This document shows, piece after piece, positions 59,344-64,000 of a stretch of DNA of 64,000 bases (position 1 is the stretch's first letter; every line of letters begins with the position of its first letter). The notes under the pieces were generated by a model, which saw only the letters and a program-made list of their open reading frames with translations, was not told the DNA's origin and did no database searches. A program made the position numbers and the translations under genes. Origin of the DNA: Actinomycetales bacterium (GTDB lineage: Bacteria; Actinomycetota; Actinomycetes; S36-B12); assembly GCA_016125355.1 (NCBI GenBank), contig WGLX01000001.1:137-64136 (forward strand), given 5' to 3'.

Positions 59344-60479
59344 CCGCCGAGCCCGTCCGGATCGGGGTCGTCGGTGCCGGGCTCATGGGCAAGGAGCTCG
59401 CCGGCGTCTGCGGGCGCTGGTCACAGCTCGTGGACCACCCCTCCGCTCCTCAGGTGGTCGCCGTCGCCGACCCGAACCGGAGCGCGCGCGACTGGTTCCG
59501 GCAGGTGCCGACGGTCGAGACCTTCGCGGACGACTGGCGGGCTCTCGTCGACGACGACTCACTCGACGTGCTGTACCTGGCCGTCCCGCACAACCTGCAC
59601 GAGGAGCTCTACATCGCGGCCGCCGACGCCGGTCGGGACTTCCTCGCAGAGAAGCCGTTCGGCATCGACCTGCACGCTGCCGAGCGGATCGTCGCGGCCA
59701 TCGATGCCTCCCCCAGCTTCGTCCGGGTGTCCAGCGAGTTCCCGTTCTACCCCGGAGCCCTGAAGGCGTACGCGTACGCACGCTCGGGGGCCCTGGGCGA
59801 GGTCCTCGACGTGCGCTCGGCCTTCCAGCACTCGTCGGACATCGACCGGGGCAAGGCGATCAACTGGAAGCGGCGGGTCGAGACCTGCGGTGAGATCGGC
59901 GTGATGGGGGATCTCGGCCTGCACGTCGCACACATCCCCCTTCGCCTCGGCTTCCGCCCCGAGTCGGTCTACGGCCTCCTCGACAACGTCGTCACCGAGC
60001 GTCCCGGCCCAGACGGGTCGATGGTGGCCTGCGACACCTGGGACAACGCCCTGCTGGCCTGCCGCGTGCCCACCGACCGCGACCGGAGCTTCACGATGCT
60101 TTGGGAGACGCGACGCATCGCTCCCGGGCAGATGAACTCGTGGTCCTTCGAGGCGCTGGGCATGGACGGTGGGGTGCGCTTCAGCACGCGGAATCCCGCT
60201 GTGGTCCAGCGGTTCTCGATCAAGGACGGGGAGCAGGTCTGGGAGGACGTGCAGCCAGGTCATGCCTCGGCGTGGCCGTCGATCACCGGAGGCATCTTCG
60301 AGTTCGGGTTCGGTGACGCCCTGCTCCAGATGTGGGCCTCCTACCTCGCGGAGCGGGCCGGCTCGCTCGGTGACCGGTTCGGGACGGTGACGCCCGGCGA
60401 GGCCCTCGATGCGCACCGGGTGTTCGCGGCCGCGGTGCGGTCCCAGGAGTCCGGAAGGGCGGAGATGCCGCGGGCCTGA
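59340..60479 (+). CDS. Gfo/Idh/MocA-family oxidoreductase
   Basis: GTGA overlap with the aldolase gene. Rossmann motif IGVVGAGLMGKE and EKPFGID. Confidence 0.9.
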   Translation: MTAEPVRIGVVGAGLMGKELAGVCGRWSQLVDHPSAPQVVAVADPNRSARDWFRQVPTVETFADDWRALVDDDSLDVLYLAVPHNLHEELYIAAADAGRDFLAEKPFGIDLHAAERIVAAIDASPSFVRVSSEFPFYPGALKAYAYARSGALGEVLDVRSAFQHSSDIDRGKAINWKRRVETCGEIGVMGDLGLHVAHIPLRLGFRPESVYGLLDNVVTERPGPDGSMVACDTWDNALLACRVPTDRDRSFTMLWETRRIAPGQMNSWSFEALGMDGGVRFSTRNPAVVQRFSIKDGEQVWEDVQPGHASAWPSITGGIFEFGFGDALLQMWASYLAERAGSLGDRFGTVTPGEALDAHRVFAAAVRSQESGRAEMPRA

Positions 60480-60584
60480 CCGCCGAAACGCTGGCTGCGA
60501 CACGCCTGCGACATGTCGGTCCGCCACCCTTCCGCGCTGCGGGGACAGTATGGGAGCACTTCCCCAATGCACAGGAGCAAGGCA

Positions 60585-62231
60585 ATGCCACACGTGAGAT
60601 CAGCCGTGTCCGCCCTCGCCACTGCCGCTCTGGTCGTCTCGATCGGACTCGGTGCACCCGCCGCAAACGCCGCCACAGGCGACATCGCGCAGTTCGGGCT
60701 GCCCGATGCGAAGTCCGCCCCGGTGGCCCTCACCTCCGATGCCGATGGCACGTTGTGGGTGGCGGCGCAGGGATCCGTCGTCCTCAGCAAGGCAACCCTC
60801 GACGGCAAGGTGTCCACCGTGCTGTCGGGCGGCGGCACCAATCCCGATCCGGTGGACATCGCGCTCGGCTCGGACAAGCGACTCTGGCTGACGGAGTCGA
60901 CGGCCAATCGCATCAGCGCAGTCACTCCGGGAACCGGGGCAGAGGCGACCTACGGTCTGCCGACGAAGGACGCCAAGCCGGGTGGCATTGCCTCCGGGCC
61001 CGACGGCAACCTGTGGTTCACCCAGTTCGGGGGCAACAGCATCGCCCGCATCAGCACGGCCGGTTCCATCACCGAGTTCGCGCTGGCCAAGGACTCCGGG
61101 CCGACGGACATCGCGGCCGGGCCCGACGGCAACCTGTGGTTCACCATGACCACGGCCAACGCGATCGGCAGGATCACCACCGGCGGCGCCGTGACGACCT
61201 ACTCCCTGTCAACCGCCAATGCGGAACCCACCGGCATCACGGCCGGACCCGATGGCAACCTGTGGTTCACCGAGCGGGCGGGCAATCGCATCGGCCGCAT
61301 CACTCCGAAGGGCCTTCTCGCCGAGTTCGCCCTTCCCAACGCAGGCTCCACCCCCACGGCGATCACCGCAGGTCCGGACAAGGCCGTGTGGTTTTCGATG
61401 CCGGGCGTCAACAGGATCGGACGCGCCTCGATGACCGGCGAGATCACCACCTTCGCCGTTCCTACTCCGTCCAGCACACCAGCCGGGATCAGTGCGGGCA
61501 GTGACGGCAACGTCTGGTTCGTCGAGACCGATGGGAACCGGCTCGGCCGCATCCTCACCGGGGTGACTCCGATGTCGACGGCTGCCCCCACGGTGACCGG
61601 CTCGAGCACTGCGGTCGGCCAGGTCCTGAGCGCGACCAGCGGAACGTGGAACTACGCACCCACCACCTACACCTACCAGTGGCAGCGGTGCGCATCCGGC
61701 GACGCCTCATCCTGCGCCAACATCGACAAGGCGAACGGGGCGACATACACGATCACCGCCGACGACGCCGGCAAGCGCGTGCGCGTCCTGGTCGGGGCGA
61801 CCAACCTCAACGGGCCCGCGGCGACACCGGCGCCCAGCAACATCCAGGCAATCGACGGCCTCCCGCCGACCCCGCCGCCGGCCCCTGTGGCGGGCGGCCA
61901 GACGGTGACGATCGCGGCCGGCGTCACGGCGAAGCTGCGCGGACCGAAGAAGACCAAGCGCGGCGTCCGGCGCGCCTACGGCGTGACGTTCAGCGACCGC
62001 AAGGTTCAGGGCACCGTGCGGATCACGTTGGTCAACTCGCTCGGGACCGAGGTGCGGGTCATCGCCAGGGCCCTGCCGGTGAAGCCGAATGGCAAGGCCG
62101 CCCGCCTCGCCAAGATCCCGCGCAGTGTGGCCCGTGGCGGGTACACGCTCAAGGCCGTCTACACGCCGTCGCAGAGCGTCGCGTCGACCTACGCGGTGGC
62201 CACCATGACGAAACCGCTCACCCTGCGCTAG
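60585..62231 (+). CDS. Secreted seven-bladed propeller protein (virginiamycin B lyase-like repeats) with Ig-like C-terminal extension
   Basis: ATG 60585 behind AGGAG, with a signal peptide. Seven repeats of about 41 aa of the form GPDGNLWFT-x5-N-x-IGRIT. C-terminal SATSGTWNYAPTTYTYQWQRC module. Confidence 0.8.
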   Translation: MPHVRSAVSALATAALVVSIGLGAPAANAATGDIAQFGLPDAKSAPVALTSDADGTLWVAAQGSVVLSKATLDGKVSTVLSGGGTNPDPVDIALGSDKRLWLTESTANRISAVTPGTGAEATYGLPTKDAKPGGIASGPDGNLWFTQFGGNSIARISTAGSITEFALAKDSGPTDIAAGPDGNLWFTMTTANAIGRITTGGAVTTYSLSTANAEPTGITAGPDGNLWFTERAGNRIGRITPKGLLAEFALPNAGSTPTAITAGPDKAVWFSMPGVNRIGRASMTGEITTFAVPTPSSTPAGISAGSDGNVWFVETDGNRLGRILTGVTPMSTAAPTVTGSSTAVGQVLSATSGTWNYAPTTYTYQWQRCASGDASSCANIDKANGATYTITADDAGKRVRVLVGATNLNGPAATPAPSNIQAIDGLPPTPPPAPVAGGQTVTIAAGVTAKLRGPKKTKRGVRRAYGVTFSDRKVQGTVRITLVNSLGTEVRVIARALPVKPNGKAARLAKIPRSVARGGYTLKAVYTPSQSVASTYAVATMTKPLTLR

Positions 62232-62232
62232 T

Positions 62233-62282
62233 CCCCGCGTCGAGCCGCCCGCGCCTCCCGCCCATCCGGGGACGCGGGCGGT
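62233..62282. terminator. Possible bidirectional terminator hairpin between convergent genes
   Basis: GCCGCCCGCG (62244-62253) pairs with CGCGGGCGGT (62273-82). An alternative outer arm CCCCGCGTC pairs with GACGCGGG. Loop of about 19 nt. Confidence 0.3.
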
Positions 62283-62286
62283 GGCG

Positions 62287-63186
62287 CTAACGCGGCACGT
62301 CAAGGGTGCCCAGAGCGCGCAGGACGCTGAGCACGGGGGACACCTCGTGAGTGCGCAGGATGCCGGTGCCTCCGAGTCGGGCAAGCACCGCGTAGAACGC
62401 CTCCGCGCTCCGGAAGTTCTCCTCGAAGATGTCGAATGCATGGGGAAGGGCGTTGCACATCGGGACGCCGAGCTCGCGTAGCCGGAAGCCCGCGAGGATG
62501 ACGCGAGCCTGATGCCTCGCCCGCGTCAGCGGATCGGTCAGGTTGCCGTAGTAGAAGCCCATGCCCGGATCGATGACGATGCGTTCGACGCCACGTCCGC
62601 GCGCCCTCGCGATCCGATCGCCGAAGTGGTCGATCAGGGCCGGGATGGGGTCGGCATCCAGCTCGACGTCCGTGACCTCCCGCACGTTCGCCCCGCCGGA
62701 GTAGCACAGGATCACCGTCGCCTCGTACTCAGCGACGAGGTCGAGCATGGCGTCCTCGTGCTGGACGCCGGTCATGTTGAGGACCGACGCGCCCGCAGCC
62801 AGGCCGGCCTCGGCGACCTCCGGCTCGTAGGTCTCGACGGAGACGAGCACGTCCTCCTTGGCCAGCTGGGCGACGACCGGGACGAGCGCGGCCGCCTGAT
62901 CCGCGGCTCCGACCCGCACGGCCTTTGCGGTGGTGGACTCGGCGCCGATGTCGATGAGCTGTGCACCCTCCGCAGCCATCACCCGTCCCTTGCGGATCGC
63001 CGACTCGGTGGACACGGCGATGCTCTCGCGATAGGTCGAGTCACGGGACAGGTTGACGGTGCCCATGACGACGGGCTCGACGTCCGTGTCGAACCGACGC
63101 CCCCCGATGAGCAGGTCGCCAACGGGGGCCTCGATGGCCGAACGATGAGCGCCCGCCAGGGCCGCGAGGTCGGCGAGGGTGATCAC
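62287..63186 (-). CDS. Pterin-binding (dihydropteroate synthase-like) paralogue
   Basis: GTG 63186. DHPS-like blocks LIDIGAESTTAKA, VSVETYEPEVAEAGLAAGASVLNMTG, IDPGMGF, ILRTHEV. The canonical NVTPDSFSDGG and SRKS motifs are not conserved. Confidence 0.78.
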   Translation of the reverse strand: MITLADLAALAGAHRSAIEAPVGDLLIGGRRFDTDVEPVVMGTVNLSRDSTYRESIAVSTESAIRKGRVMAAEGAQLIDIGAESTTAKAVRVGAADQAAALVPVVAQLAKEDVLVSVETYEPEVAEAGLAAGASVLNMTGVQHEDAMLDLVAEYEATVILCYSGGANVREVTDVELDADPIPALIDHFGDRIARARGRGVERIVIDPGMGFYYGNLTDPLTRARHQARVILAGFRLRELGVPMCNALPHAFDIFEENFRSAEAFYAVLARLGGTGILRTHEVSPVLSVLRALGTLDVPR

Positions 63187-63246
63187 CCTTGCAGTGTATG
63201 GCGGGACCGGAACTCCGCGACCGGACCGGCGTGGGAGGGTGGCGTC

Positions 63247-64000
63247 ATGGCTTTCCTGCGCTGCGACTTCTTCTCCGAGTCCCTCTCCCTGTCGACCTCG
63301 ATGACGGTCATCCTGCCGCAGGCGACGTCCACCCAGATCGGCATGGACGGGGTGTCGCAGGACGCACCACCCGTGCTGTACCTGCTCCACGGCCTTACCG
63401 ATGACGACACCATCTGGACGCGACGCACGTCCATCGAGCGCTACGCCGCTCCCCTGGGACTCGCGGTCGTGATGCCCCAGGTGCACCAGAGCTTCTACGC
63501 CGACGACCGCAGCGGCCTGCGGTTCTGGACCTTCCTCTCCGAGGAGCTCCCGACGATCGTCGACTCGTTCTTCCGGGTGTCCACGCACCGTGAGGACACC
63601 TTCGTGGCGGGACTGTCCATGGGTGGCTACGGCGCGATGAAGTGGGCACTGCGCCAGCCCGAGCGCTTCGCCGCGGCTGCCAGCCTGTCGGGGGCGCTCG
63701 ATCTCGGTCATGTGCAGGACGCAGGCGACCCGTGGGTGAACGCCATCCTTGACCGGGTCTTCGCCGGCTCGATCTCGGGAACCCCGGACGACACCGTCCA
63801 CCTCGTGCAGGAGGTCGACCCGGCGCAGTGCCCAGCGCTGTACGTGGGTTGCGGCACCGAGGACGATCTCTACCCGGCGAGCCTGGCCTTCGTCGACGCA
63901 GCCCGTCGGAGCACCGTGCCTGTCACCTCCGCGTTCTCCCCCGGTGAGCATGAGTGGGGCTACTGGGACCGCACGATCCAGGACGTCCTGGCCTGGCTGC
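63247..64000 (+). CDS. Esterase D/tributyrin-esterase-like alpha/beta hydrolase (3' end runs off the window)
   Basis: Not in the ORF track because no stop is reached. The frame from ATG 63247 stays open to 64000. PVLYLLHGLTDDD and the nucleophile elbow GLSMGGYGA. Confidence 0.85.
   Translation, partial: MAFLRCDFFSESLSLSTSMTVILPQATSTQIGMDGVSQDAPPVLYLLHGLTDDDTIWTRRTSIERYAAPLGLAVVMPQVHQSFYADDRSGLRFWTFLSEELPTIVDSFFRVSTHREDTFVAGLSMGGYGAMKWALRQPERFAAAASLSGALDLGHVQDAGDPWVNAILDRVFAGSISGTPDDTVHLVQEVDPAQCPALYVGCGTEDDLYPASLAFVDAARRSTVPVTSAFSPGEHEWGYWDRTIQDVLAWL

Overview
GC-rich chromosomal segment of an actinobacterium. Family hints are a mycothiol-type DinB enzyme, DprE1/DprE2, a DevR-like regulator and a DUF3117 protein. 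About 62 protein-coding genes are tightly packed on both strands. I found no rRNA, tRNA, CRISPR array, transposase or integrase. All calls come from reading the six-frame translations and the DNA by eye; no BLAST, HMM or folding program was run.

Main blocks:
- 75-6700: a copper-stress locus with a multicopper oxidase, an OmpR-type two-component system, a SHOCT protein, a decayed copA relic and a BNR-propeller lipoprotein. An NlpC/P60 hydrolase is interleaved.
- 6.8-24.5 kb: housekeeping and accessory genes, including a TetR regulator, FAD reductase, fumarase C, HD-GYP phosphodiesterase, serine hydrolase, LtrA, MFS exporter, HemY, thioredoxin, acyltransferase and pirin.
- 24.5-27.6 kb: the decaprenyl-phospho-arabinose genes (ubiA-type transferase, dprE1, dprE2).
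- 28.2-34.5 kb: a long acyl-CoA dehydrogenase and a second copper locus (antiporter, CopC, CopD/CtaG fusion, rhodanese).
- 37-40.4 kb: a 2-oxoacid dehydrogenase E1alpha/E1beta/E2 operon.
- 40.5-49.3 kb: a DevR/DosR-like regulator and a double-GAF kinase abutting cydABDC.
- 49.3-64 kb: EamA transporter, membrane PP2C phosphatase, a secreted glycosidase, a DUF559 gene bracketed by two copies of a 61-nt hairpin repeat, an orphan aminotransferase/kinase/aldolase/dehydrogenase cluster, a Vgb-like propeller protein, a divergent DHPS paralogue and a partial esterase.

Most interesting signals:
- A near-consensus Dos-box palindrome upstream of cydA, next to the DevR/DevS-like pair.
- A shared direct-repeat operator in three copper-locus intergenic regions.
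- An in-frame copA relic.
- One palindromic operator found at two distant divergent promoters.
- The paired hairpin repeats around the DUF559 gene.
- An unassigned LsrK/LsrF-like catabolic cluster.

I do not see a clear-cut novel multi-gene system such as a defence island. The findings are regulatory-wiring and genome-architecture hypotheses.
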